Shown here: positions 1 to 8,577 of the stretch, piece by piece
Layout: each line of letters opens with the position of its first letter
How positions within the stretch are numbered: the stretch's first letter is position 1
Source of the DNA: a virus
Taxonomy: Duplodnaviria; Caudoviricetes
IMG/VR virus record: IMGVR_UViG_3300037781_000006
Location: 11,107 to 75,106 of that record
Strand: one strand, 5' to 3'
Length of the DNA: 64,000 bases
The notes under the pieces: model-generated
Seen by the model: the letters and a program-made list of their open reading frames with translations, nothing else
Told to the model about the DNA's origin: nothing
Databases searched by the model: none
Made by a program: the position numbers and the translations under genes

Positions 1-141
1 GCCATAGGCTTCGTCGAGTTCCTTGGTTTCCTCGACGATGAGCGTCTCAGCCCACCAGACGAAATCACGATTGGCATCCATCGCAGCGATGAATTCCCGC
101 TGGGTCTGGAAGAGCGCAGCAGGCAGTTGTTGGGTAAACAT
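1..141 (-). CDS. Partial ORF running off the window start; possible MazG-like/all-alpha NTP pyrophosphohydrolase
   Basis: Manual translation: ATG at 141 after GGAAAGGA RBS gives MFTQQLPAALFQTQREFIAAMDANRDFVWWAETLIVEETKELDEAYG; EExxEL acidic helix typical of MazG-like folds. Confidence 0.4.
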   Translation of the reverse strand, partial: MFTQQLPAALFQTQREFIAAMDANRDFVWWAETLIVEETKELDEAYG

Positions 142-194
142 TGGGGATCCTTTCCGGTTTGTGACAACCCACGAGAGACAAAGTGGTTTGTGTC

Positions 195-425
195 TCATTT
201 GGGCCGATTTATGAGCGACAACGCATCCCACTCATGAATCTTGCACAGAGTTCGAAACTGCTTCTTGGTGCCATACCAAGCGTAGTTCTTGTCTGTGGTC
301 AGCTTCGTGCCAGAAAGGTGGAGATACCGCAAGGGGATGATCTGGGTATCGACTGCATAGTACAGATCGTGAGGCTGGATTCGATCCAGTCTGGTTACTG
401 CTCGAATTGGACTGACTGGACCCAT
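195..425 (-). CDS. Hypothetical protein (76 aa)
   Basis: ORF start overlaps the stop of the upstream fibre gene. Confidence 0.55.
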   Translation of the reverse strand: MGPVSPIRAVTRLDRIQPHDLYYAVDTQIIPLRYLHLSGTKLTTDKNYAWYGTKKQFRTLCKIHEWDALSLINRPK

Positions 426-2746
426 TAGTACCTCATTTGAAAGGTTCGGGACTCAGAGGCAGACCATGTAGAATCATAGCCTCGACGGATGTTTTCCCGA
501 CTGTTCACGTTGAAGACTGTCTCCCAAGTGGTTCCACCATCAAGAGATTTCTGGAAGCTCATGGTACGAGGAGTCTGGTTTGCGAAGCTGTCTGCACGAG
601 CAGATACGACGAATTCTTCGATACGTCGTGCAGTAGCAAAGTTCTGACCAACCCAGTGATTGGCACCAGTTGATACGGAAACACCCCAAGAGTTGTTTCC
701 TGAGATTGTGTCATCGAATGCTTTGGTAGCTTCGAAACCAGAACGCTGATCTCCGGAAATGGCTTCTCCTGTGGTGGTGACATCTGCACCTCCAACAGTT
801 TCTCTCATCTCCAGTTCTGCAACATGCAGGTATGCAGAGTTGTCTCTGAAACCACCTTTCAAACGCCAGTGAGTGGCATCATCCTGAGAGATTGCAGACT
901 CTGGTGCATTGAAGGTGCGAAGCTCATTCTGATCCCAGACAGGCTGGTTGTTGAAAGCCCACTTGGTATTCCAGAGCACGTTGTCATCGGAATACTGAAG
1001 CAAGAAGTGGGATGGACTGTGAAAAAAGAAGCTATCATCCCGAGCACGCATCCGAATCTCAGCAATGGACTGAGGTGTTCCACCGAAGTCTTGTCCAGCC
1101 CATGTAGTTTCGTCCTGAGAGATTGGACTGTTATATTGGGCACTCCATTCAGTGGTAGAGAGTCCATCAAAGAGATGGGAGGCATCGAAACCACTTCGCT
1201 GAGTTCCAAAGATGGTCTGTCCTGTGGTGCAGAGATCAGCCCCTCCGATAGAAGAAGCCATCTCCAGCATCTGGAGGCTCATGTACGAGTCATCGTAGGC
1301 ATCTTGCATGAGGACACGCCAGTAGCGATGAGCGTCGTCAGGGCCTCCCGGAGCGGCTGCCAGCATGAGAGCTTGGATACCATCAGATGTAGGCATGGAA
1401 AGTGTCACATCTGGTTCAGTACCAGAGGTCACTTGTTCTTTGTAGAATATCGCATGACCGATATCACCAGTTGAGAAAGCTGGGGCAGTCTTAGTCAGTC
1501 TTGTCCACCCAGCAGGGGTATCAGGCATAGCATCACCACCATCGGTAGCAGCGATGATGAAGAGAATGCAGTTGTCTTTGGTGGTCGTGACACCGGGAAC
1601 AACCAGACTGTTGCTGATTGCTGTTGCAGCAGTTCCAAGAACATGGACTTCATCACAAGAAGGAATGGAGATCTGAGTGGCTGCAACCTCCAAAGTACCA
1701 TTGTCGATGGTGTCAATGTAGGTACGTTTGGGGATGTGATTGCTGGAACGAGAAGATGCAATGAGCATCTCAGTATCGGTGCCTCCAGCATCTCGTCCTG
1801 TGTAGATGTTGCTGAATCCAAGAATGGATCGAATCTCATGAATAGTACCAGCAGCATCAGTGGTAACGACCATCAACTGAAGATCATTAACTTCAGGTTT
1901 GGGTACTGGATGGAGAACTTCCAGATGATTTCCCACAGCACTGGTGAAGTTGTTGTTCATAGTGGAGTAACTGGCCATAGGTTTTGAATATGGATCTGTT
2001 GCTGCGGAGAAAGAACCAGAGGAACCGTTGGTAATGGTCCCTGCAAATGATCCATTGTTCACAGGTGTATTGATGTTTGCCAGAGTCTGATCACCTCCAA
2101 ACCAGATGTATGGAGTTGGAAGAGTGCTCAGATCTTTTGGTGCGAGAGTGTCTCGATCAATGAAGGCATCAATGCCATTGAATGTGGTAGGGGTATCGAG
2201 CCAAAAGTCTGCGAAAAGACCTTGGTAGTCTTGGAAAGTGGTGCTGTTTCCGAAAAGTTCGATGTCTTCTCCGACAAAACGGATCTCAGTATCTGTATTG
2301 AATGCAGTGATCTCATTGCCTTTGTCATATTCGACTTCTTGGCCGTTGATCATGATTTCACGATCTCCAGACACACAGTCGAAAGAGACATAGATGTGAG
2401 CAATACCTTCAAAGGGTACAGTTTCAAAGGTCTCGAATTGCCAGATGATATTCTCACCCGGTCCTTCGAAACGAATCTTCAGTCGATGGTTCTGAAGAAT
2501 TTGGACATAGGTATCCAAGGAACCTACAGCAAACAGACAGTAGGTTCCTGTGTATGAAGGAAATGTGACAATCCAAGTCGAGAATTCGATCTTGGTTTGG
2601 CCAGTCAATCCGTGATCTGAAGAGGCAATCGAGTAGAAGTTTCCGCCAGAATCTCCATCGAACCATGTAAGAGAATACCCCCCCGGAGTCGGAGGGGCAC
2701 CTGCGCCCATTGCTGCATAGGATACGGAAGCGAGAAGGCTCATCAT
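425..2746 (-). CDS. Adhesin/receptor-binding protein: LamG/ConA-like N-terminal domain plus two C-terminal discoidin (F5/8)-like modules
   Basis: 773 aa, beta-rich; two repeats (HRYWR...LEM...GGADLCTTG...FDG...W.G..F and THWRL...LEM...GGADVTTTG...FDD...W.G..F); coupled to the upstream fibre gene. Confidence 0.7.
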   Translation of the reverse strand: MMSLLASVSYAAMGAGAPPTPGGYSLTWFDGDSGGNFYSIASSDHGLTGQTKIEFSTWIVTFPSYTGTYCLFAVGSLDTYVQILQNHRLKIRFEGPGENIIWQFETFETVPFEGIAHIYVSFDCVSGDREIMINGQEVEYDKGNEITAFNTDTEIRFVGEDIELFGNSTTFQDYQGLFADFWLDTPTTFNGIDAFIDRDTLAPKDLSTLPTPYIWFGGDQTLANINTPVNNGSFAGTITNGSSGSFSAATDPYSKPMASYSTMNNNFTSAVGNHLEVLHPVPKPEVNDLQLMVVTTDAAGTIHEIRSILGFSNIYTGRDAGGTDTEMLIASSRSSNHIPKRTYIDTIDNGTLEVAATQISIPSCDEVHVLGTAATAISNSLVVPGVTTTKDNCILFIIAATDGGDAMPDTPAGWTRLTKTAPAFSTGDIGHAIFYKEQVTSGTEPDVTLSMPTSDGIQALMLAAAPGGPDDAHRYWRVLMQDAYDDSYMSLQMLEMASSIGGADLCTTGQTIFGTQRSGFDASHLFDGLSTTEWSAQYNSPISQDETTWAGQDFGGTPQSIAEIRMRARDDSFFFHSPSHFLLQYSDDNVLWNTKWAFNNQPVWDQNELRTFNAPESAISQDDATHWRLKGGFRDNSAYLHVAELEMRETVGGADVTTTGEAISGDQRSGFEATKAFDDTISGNNSWGVSVSTGANHWVGQNFATARRIEEFVVSARADSFANQTPRTMSFQKSLDGGTTWETVFNVNSRENIRRGYDSTWSASESRTFQMRY

Positions 2747-4398
2747 GTGGTCAGGTTCCCGATCAGGTAGAACGTGTCAGCCACGTCTGTGTCTGGAATG
2801 AGAGTAGCAGAGCCGTACTGATCTGCAATGGTGAGATTGCCACCAGCACTGTGGATGGTCACTCCTGAACCAGCAACGAAGCTCACAGCCCCAGCACCAG
2901 TCTGAACGAAAGTACAGGGCTGTGGATCAGCAGGAGGGGAGTCCACAGTCACAGTGATTGCAGAAGCGTTGTTCATCTTCTTGACGACATTCCCGATCCA
3001 GTCATCATCGACAGTGCTGTACGTGGTTCCTGTCTCTTCTCCTTGGCTCATGCGGCTGCGATTGGCTTTCTCTTGGATATCCAAGAAGCGAGGATCACCA
3101 ACAGTCGCATTGGTATCCAGAGCGAATTCAGCACCAGAAAGACCAAGGATTTCAAGTTCTGCTGATTGTGCAGCAGCAGTGCTGGAGAAGATGTGAAGTT
3201 CCATACAGGAACCATTGAAGGGGCTACCAAGTCCGGGCCAATCACCCCAGTAGTATTTCTGGTTTGCATCGTAGCTGATTCCAGCACCACCATTGATGGT
3301 GACAAAACCATCATAGGAGTTGTTGAAATGCAGGTTCATGTTTCCGTTACGAACAGAGCCATCTTGAACAGCAGTCTGCCATGTACGGGCCACATCAGAA
3401 TTGATGTTCCAATCGGTATTGGGCCAGTCAGTGGCGTTACCACCATTGGCTCGAAGGTGAAGGTCTTGCCATTCCTGCCAAAGACCAAGGTTCATGAAAC
3501 CACCAGAATTGGTAGTACCATGAATGACCTTTAGAGTGCCTTCATCAATACGCTTGAAGGTACTGAGAACCAGAGGATACTCAGTTGCCCATGCAGCAGT
3601 GCTTTCGTCTTCTGTGGAGACAAGCCAGCCGTCTCCAACAGTGGTGCTGAAGTCAATTTGCCAGCAAGTGATACCAGCATTGTCGTCTTCTTCGAGAAGA
3701 GTGATGTTGGCTGCCAGAGTGGCAGTCATGTCGTCACTGCCCCACTGGTCATAGACCGTGATCAGACGAGTGTCTGCACCATAGGGACGAGTTCCTCGAA
3801 CGACACCATCAGCATTGAAGTTCACGTCGGTCTGAGTGCCCGGATTGGCTGCGTCTTCGACTCGAATAGCAGGACCGACGTAGCTGGGGTTTCGAAGAAT
3901 CATGCCACCACCCCAGACAGGAGTGATGTTGGTGAAGGTGGATGGACCCCATTTCGTGTAGGACACAGCATTCTGGAATGGATCTCGGTTGGTCCATTCA
4001 CCGTTGTAAACTGCGAGAAGGTGGTTGTTTTCAGCAGCAGTGACAGCAGGAAGAGAAGCTCCACCACCACCAGACTGATCAACCCATTCGGTGTTGTAGT
4101 CGGTGCCATCGACCTTGGCCAATACCTGACCAGTGGTGCCTCCTACGGGGACACCTTGTCCGTCTGCACCATCAGCCCCCGGAGCACCGTCTTGTCCATC
4201 AGTAGGAGCGTCAATCCATTCCAGAGCATCTCCTGCTCCGTTTACCGCAGGAATTTGACCTGCTGTTCCCAGAGTTCCGGGAGTATCCGAAAGACCAGTG
4301 AAGGCAGTTGCACCTCCACCAGAGCCGGGAGTGGTGTCCCCAGAGGGGAGTTCTTGTACTTGTCCGTCGATTACGACGAGAGGACGACGTTCAGCCAT
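2743..4398 (-). CDS. Fibre protein with short collagen-like segment and common C-terminal fibre-tip domain
   Basis: DGQDGAPGADGADGQG, GGTTGQVLAKVDGTDYNTEW, C-terminal NNASAITVTV...QTGAGAV...GSGVT...QYGSATL...YLIGNL motifs. Confidence 0.75.
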   Translation of the reverse strand: MAERRPLVVIDGQVQELPSGDTTPGSGGGATAFTGLSDTPGTLGTAGQIPAVNGAGDALEWIDAPTDGQDGAPGADGADGQGVPVGGTTGQVLAKVDGTDYNTEWVDQSGGGGASLPAVTAAENNHLLAVYNGEWTNRDPFQNAVSYTKWGPSTFTNITPVWGGGMILRNPSYVGPAIRVEDAANPGTQTDVNFNADGVVRGTRPYGADTRLITVYDQWGSDDMTATLAANITLLEEDDNAGITCWQIDFSTTVGDGWLVSTEDESTAAWATEYPLVLSTFKRIDEGTLKVIHGTTNSGGFMNLGLWQEWQDLHLRANGGNATDWPNTDWNINSDVARTWQTAVQDGSVRNGNMNLHFNNSYDGFVTINGGAGISYDANQKYYWGDWPGLGSPFNGSCMELHIFSSTAAAQSAELEILGLSGAEFALDTNATVGDPRFLDIQEKANRSRMSQGEETGTTYSTVDDDWIGNVVKKMNNASAITVTVDSPPADPQPCTFVQTGAGAVSFVAGSGVTIHSAGGNLTIADQYGSATLIPDTDVADTFYLIGNLTT

Positions 4399-4413
4399 GG
4401 GGACACCTTTCGA

Positions 4414-4920
4414 TCAGACCAGCAGGATGGGATCCTGCGGTTGGAAGTTGATCACAGTCGAAGAGACTGCGAATCCAAGCCGCTGAACGATATTCCCGGT
4501 CGAAGAGGGGGCCACATGGTTCGAGAGACCCGGAGTGGTGGAGAGGAAGTGCATCCCCGGTGTGAGGCCCGTCACTTGGTTGTTCAGACCGCCCCAGTAG
4601 ACAGTGGCGGTTTCGCCAGTCAGGAAGGCTGCAAGAACAAAACCATTGGCAGGAGCCACACCCGAAGAGGCATCTGCCTTCCGGACTTTGGCGACGCCAC
4701 CGTCATTGAAGACGTTGACGAAATCACCGGCTGCGAGAGCACCAAAGGCTTCAATGGCACTGGTTTCAGCGCCAATGCCAGTGGGCATCATGGTGGGGTC
4801 AAGACGGCCAGACAAGTCCAATGCAGGGATCTTGCTGGCCTGACCTGCACCACCCGTAGCAGTGGCTTCCACTTCGCGGAAACCTCCTGCTGCATCGTGT
4901 TGTAGGAACTTATCGGGCAT
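4414..4920 (-). CDS. Virion structural protein, DUF2190/capsid-cement-like
   Basis: LAAGDFVNV...ANGFVL...ATVYWGG...GLTPG...LSTTPG pattern; within the structural cluster. Confidence 0.55.
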   Translation of the reverse strand: MPDKFLQHDAAGGFREVEATATGGAGQASKIPALDLSGRLDPTMMPTGIGAETSAIEAFGALAAGDFVNVFNDGGVAKVRKADASSGVAPANGFVLAAFLTGETATVYWGGLNNQVTGLTPGMHFLSTTPGLSNHVAPSSTGNIVQRLGFAVSSTVINFQPQDPILLV

Positions 4921-4923
4921 CTG

Positions 4924-5427
4924 TTACACTCCTATGATGGGGTATGGATCGAGGTTGATCTGGGTAGCAGAAATTGCCCAGCCGATACGGCGAATGGGGT
5001 TTCCGGCAGAAGGTACGGTCTGAGTTATCACACCGTTGGCTGAAATGAAAATGGGAGCATTGGGAGTCCAATTCCAACCACCTTCAGTTATGAGTCCGGA
5101 ACGGACCACATTCACAGTATCACCGATGGGAGTCGCCATCCGAGTGACACCAGCATAGTTCGACAGGCTGTCTGCATCCATCTGAGTCAGGAGACCATCA
5201 TAACCCACAGCACGGTAGGCGTTGATGATCTCTTGGGCTGTGATGGCCACATCCAGAGTGCCAGTCGAAGCATTTTCGACGTTGTTGAAGCCAGTTCCGA
5301 CATTCAGACGGAGAGGCTCACGCTGACTGAGAGTCAGGTTGAAGTTTTCGTCGATCCCGATCTCGTCATTCGCAATGACGATCTCATATCGAGGACCGAA
5401 AACCGCAGTGAGGTTCACATCGCTCAT
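4924..5427 (-). CDS. Virion structural protein, paralogue of 4414-4920
   Basis: Shared C-terminus: PIRRIGWAISATQINLDPYPII vs IVQRLGFAVSSTVINFQPQDPIL. Confidence 0.55.
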   Translation of the reverse strand: MSDVNLTAVFGPRYEIVIANDEIGIDENFNLTLSQREPLRLNVGTGFNNVENASTGTLDVAITAQEIINAYRAVGYDGLLTQMDADSLSNYAGVTRMATPIGDTVNVVRSGLITEGGWNWTPNAPIFISANGVITQTVPSAGNPIRRIGWAISATQINLDPYPIIGV

Positions 5428-5753
5428 TGGGTCTGATCCTCCGTGCAGTCGATGATGAAGGTCTGAGACGAGACTCGACCCTCAACAGGACGGTCGAACT
5501 GGATGTCGCACTTGAGCTTGCGAACAGGCCAGAGAGCCGTTTGTTCCTTGGGGAGAGAGATGGTGAACTCACCAGCAGCAGCATCTGTGATGGTCACATC
5601 GAGGTCAGAGATGAGCTTGCGAGCGTAGCGGACCTGAGAAGCGATGGTCCAGCCGGTGATATCCACAGCCGAGCCATTGTTGTCAGGGTTGGTGAGAGTC
5701 ATCGGGATGACGAAATCATCGCCCCGGACAAATTCGTATGTGACTTGGGCCAT
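5424..5753 (-). CDS. BppU N-terminal-like structural/adaptor protein
   Basis: MAQVTYEFVRGDDF...AVDITGWTIASQVR...G.FTISL...T..W....KCDIQ pattern; RBS GAAGGA before ATG 5753. Confidence 0.65.
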   Translation of the reverse strand: MAQVTYEFVRGDDFVIPMTLTNPDNNGSAVDITGWTIASQVRYARKLISDLDVTITDAAAGEFTISLPKEQTALWPVRKLKCDIQFDRPVEGRVSSQTFIIDCTEDQTQ

Positions 5754-5832
5754 GTCAGCATCCTTCGGTTTGAACTTGGTCTGTTTTGCTTTACCAGAGT
5801 GAGGTTTGCATGACCATATCAAACTGAATGTC

Positions 5833-5863
5833 AAGAAAAACCCCCGCCCGAAGGCGAGGGTTC
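5833..5863 (-). terminator. Rho-independent terminator
   Basis: Minus strand CCCTCGCC-TTCG-GGCGGGGG followed by TTTTTCTT. Confidence 0.8.
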
Positions 5864-5904
5864 ATTTCGTACCGCTGGATCCGAAGATCTCAGGGAGATG
5901 TGGA

Positions 5905-6018
5905 TCACCTCCCTTCTTCGAACCAGCGGGAATAGAGTTTCTGGACCCATGACGGCTGGGGAAGGACGTTCCAGCCGATCACAAGACCGATCCCTACCCC
6001 TATGAGAAGTTCAAACAT
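5905..6018 (-). CDS. Small membrane peptide (37 aa)
   Basis: MFELLIGVGIGLVIGWNVLPQPSW...; RBS AGGAGG; overlaps the upstream stop. Confidence 0.6.
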   Translation of the reverse strand: MFELLIGVGIGLVIGWNVLPQPSWVQKLYSRWFEEGR

Positions 6019-6223
6019 TCTGCACCTCCTTTGCTTCAACGGTTGCGAAGACTGCCAGATTCTTCGATTCCCAGAGGGAGCGAAGTGCAAGGGTCAGTTC
6101 TGCCGACGGGGGCAGCGTCTGGACCAGTTGCATGGCAAGGTCGTGGAACGGTTTCGAGGCTTCCTGAAGATGAGGCGGAAGGTGCTCGTACCGAAAAAGG
6201 CTTTTCACTTTGGTTTCATCCAT
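6011..6223 (-). CDS. Acb2/Tad1-like helical-hairpin protein, candidate immune-signal sponge
   Basis: FRYEH...LA..LV..LP.S.E..LA...L.ES...A pattern recalls the FxYH...P.SRE..LA.TKLEEA hairpin family; adjacent to Tad2. Confidence 0.55.
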   Translation of the reverse strand: MDETKVKSLFRYEHLPPHLQEASKPFHDLAMQLVQTLPPSAELTLALRSLWESKNLAVFATVEAKEVQNV

Positions 6224-6449
6224 TGGAGACCATCTCCCAGTCTTCGGCCAACAGATCAGTCTGGCTTGCGAGCCATGGGACTTGATGTCCGTCAGCAGTT
6301 TTCATGTAGATGTACGGCAGGGTCATCTTGCTGTGTGCATCAGGAACCTGAAGCTCCAGCCACATACCCTTGCCATTCCATCCTTGACGAGCGACTCGAC
6401 CAGAGCCTGTCTTGAGGATCTCCAGTGCTCGTGAGAATGAAAAGGTCAT
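6216..6449 (-). CDS. tad2: Thoeris anti-defence 2 (DUF2829) sponge protein
   Basis: F..AL..LK.G..VAR.GWNGKGMW...YMKTADG...PWLASQTDLLAEDW is the DUF2829/Tad2 signature. Confidence 0.88.
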   Translation of the reverse strand: MTFSFSRALEILKTGSGRVARQGWNGKGMWLELQVPDAHSKMTLPYIYMKTADGHQVPWLASQTDLLAEDWEMVSNG

Positions 6450-7612
6450 GAGGTTTCTCCAAATACTTGAGAGGCTTTCACCGTGAAACGGGAAGTCTCT
6501 CCTTCGAGTTCATCATAGATGACTGCCTGAGCCATCGCTGTCTCTCCGTAGGCTGAACCATAGAGGTCAGGCTCAGACCAGTTGGAGGCTTGTTCCCAGA
6601 TCACACCGGGGAACTGCTCGACCTTACGGTGGTGCTTGTCTCCTGTCCAGACAGTGATGTGCTCGACATCAGCGATGTCCTTTCGATACCGCTGAAGGAA
6701 TTGCATGACAAGGCGATCAGGCTTGATCTTGTCACCATGGTGTCCGAAGAGGGCCACCTTGCCGAAAATGTGTGCCCAGTAAGCATTGGGATCCATCTCG
6801 ACAGTCACATTGGACTGGTTGAAGTAGCGCCATTTGGCACCTTGCAGCAGACTGAGATAGCTGTCTCCGTCATGGTTTCCTCGCTTGATGACGAGGCGTA
6901 CATCGGAGATTTGTGCAGCGATATCAGTGGTATGGATGATTTGTTCACCCGTGGTATCCACGACTTTGAAGTGACGAGAGTCAACGTCGAGGATGTGGTC
7001 CGATCCGTGAGTGGCAGTCATCGGAACCTGTCCGTTGGCATGGAGAACATCACCGTTGTAGTACAGGATGATCTCTTGGACTTTCTCTTTCTCAACGTGA
7101 TCGAAGAGACGGCAGAGCCAGTCTTCGAGACGTTTCATGGCGATGGGAAGATCCCAGTCTCCGTATCCGGTTTCTGCTCCCCATGCGAGAGCACCAGAAT
7201 GCAAGTCATTGATGGAAATGAAGGCTTTCTTGACCCTGTTGGTCAGTAGAAGTGTGGGGGGTTTGAAGAGTACAGGAGGAGTTCCGATGAAGCGTTGAGC
7301 GATCTCTTCCATTCGCTGTTCTTCGGTCTTGGCCTGTTTGTCTTTCCGTGTGTTGAATTGGAAAGAGTAGGTGCGACCGTGCTTGTCTGGTTTCTGAGAC
7401 TTGACCCATCCAAGTCCGGGGTCTCCGTCAAAACCAAGCTCATCCATTCCGTCGATGATTGCTTGGTCTAGTCCTTCTCGGGTTTCGAGTTTGGCTTCAT
7501 AGGTCTGAATTGACCTTCGAGCAGTGGATTCATTGACTCCGAAATGAGCAGCCACAGACGAAAAGGATGGCTTGCCATTGGAGATCCAATAGTCGTGATA
7601 CTTGTTGGCCAT
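6446..7612 (-). CDS. Calcineurin-like metallophosphoesterase with N-terminal HTH
   Basis: DLH (NDLHSG), GD (NGDVLH), GNHD, HHGD, GDKHH motifs; N-terminal FSSVAAHFGVNESTARR HTH. Confidence 0.75.
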   Translation of the reverse strand: MANKYHDYWISNGKPSFSSVAAHFGVNESTARRSIQTYEAKLETREGLDQAIIDGMDELGFDGDPGLGWVKSQKPDKHGRTYSFQFNTRKDKQAKTEEQRMEEIAQRFIGTPPVLFKPPTLLLTNRVKKAFISINDLHSGALAWGAETGYGDWDLPIAMKRLEDWLCRLFDHVEKEKVQEIILYYNGDVLHANGQVPMTATHGSDHILDVDSRHFKVVDTTGEQIIHTTDIAAQISDVRLVIKRGNHDGDSYLSLLQGAKWRYFNQSNVTVEMDPNAYWAHIFGKVALFGHHGDKIKPDRLVMQFLQRYRKDIADVEHITVWTGDKHHRKVEQFPGVIWEQASNWSEPDLYGSAYGETAMAQAVIYDELEGETSRFTVKASQVFGETS

Positions 7613-7615
7613 AGT

Positions 7616-7648
7616 GGGGATCCCTTCTTGGTGAGGTCAGGGATCCCC
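7616..7648 (-). promoter_or_regulatory. 10-bp hairpin sequestering the metallophosphoesterase RBS
   Basis: GGGGATCCCT (7616-7625) and AGGGATCCCC (7639-7648); on the mRNA the 3' arm holds most of the AAGGGA SD and ends 3 nt before ATG. Confidence 0.5.
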
Positions 7649-7659
7649 TATCATGCTGT

Positions 7660-8577
7660 CTACCCGTGGTAAACTTCATTTGGAATCAGCTTTCGATGCT
7701 GAATCCAGCCGGTGAGATTGCCATGCAGATGCTGAGAGTGCCATCCTTCCGGGTTTCCGGAAGTCGGACACTTGATCCGTTCATCAGGCTTGGCTTGATG
7801 CTCGAACGGTGAAGCATGGACACGCTCATCGTTCATCAGCAGATCTGCACGCTCCAGTTCAGCAGGGATCGAACCATCACCGTTGAACGGCTTGTAGGAG
7901 ATCCGAGCACACCGAGCAGCAGACAGCTTCAGAAGGATGTTCGAGTGGTACTGTGTCATTTCTGCATCAGTGATGTACGGTAGATGCCATTCACCGAGAG
8001 TCAGATTCTGAACATCAGCACGCTCAATGGCCATGGCCACGAGATTGGCCAGATCCTGAAGGTGAGGTTCTGCTGCATGGTGCTGACGAAGCCAGAGGAA
8101 GTTGTCCCACTGAGTCGCTGTGATCAGCGTGTCGATCCACGAGAAAGGCTCCAGCAGACGATTGGGGTTCTGCTTGTGGTAGCCAGCCTCCATGAAGGCT
8201 TCAGCCGTGTCAGCAGCCACGTCACGAGCGTAGAGCCATGCTTTCTCTCGATTGACGAACTCAGGAATCGTGGCTTCTTGGTTCTTCACGTAGGCTTCAC
8301 ACTCTTCGTCAGCCTGCATTCCTCGTTGGTTCTTGCCCCAGTGCCACGGCACATAGGGAGTGTTGCGAACCTCGTTCAGCATCGTTTTCACCGGCACAGC
8401 ACGGGACGAACGAGCATTTCGACCAAAGACCCGGTGGGTCATGATCTCACCATGAATGGGACGCGGGTATCGCATCCGAATGGTGTAGAGATGTGGACAC
8501 CCATTTGCGGCAGAGGCCAAGATGACCTCCACCTGCATCTGAGGTTGTCCGGGATGCGAATACACGACGTTATTCAT
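7660..8577 (-). CDS. thyX: FAD-dependent thymidylate synthase
   Basis: THRVFGRNARSSRAVP variant of the ThyX RHRxxSxxxxSxR motif; SAARCARISY; HASPFEH; RBS GGAGG before ATG 8577. Confidence 0.85.
   Translation of the reverse strand: MNNVVYSHPGQPQMQVEVILASAANGCPHLYTIRMRYPRPIHGEIMTHRVFGRNARSSRAVPVKTMLNEVRNTPYVPWHWGKNQRGMQADEECEAYVKNQEATIPEFVNREKAWLYARDVAADTAEAFMEAGYHKQNPNRLLEPFSWIDTLITATQWDNFLWLRQHHAAEPHLQDLANLVAMAIERADVQNLTLGEWHLPYITDAEMTQYHSNILLKLSAARCARISYKPFNGDGSIPAELERADLLMNDERVHASPFEHQAKPDERIKCPTSGNPEGWHSQHLHGNLTGWIQHRKLIPNEVYHG

Noticed and set aside
425-1330. Diversity-generating retroelement acting on the duplicated adhesin modules
   Set aside because: No reverse transcriptase in the window, and the repeats are diverged at the nucleotide level rather than adenine-specific
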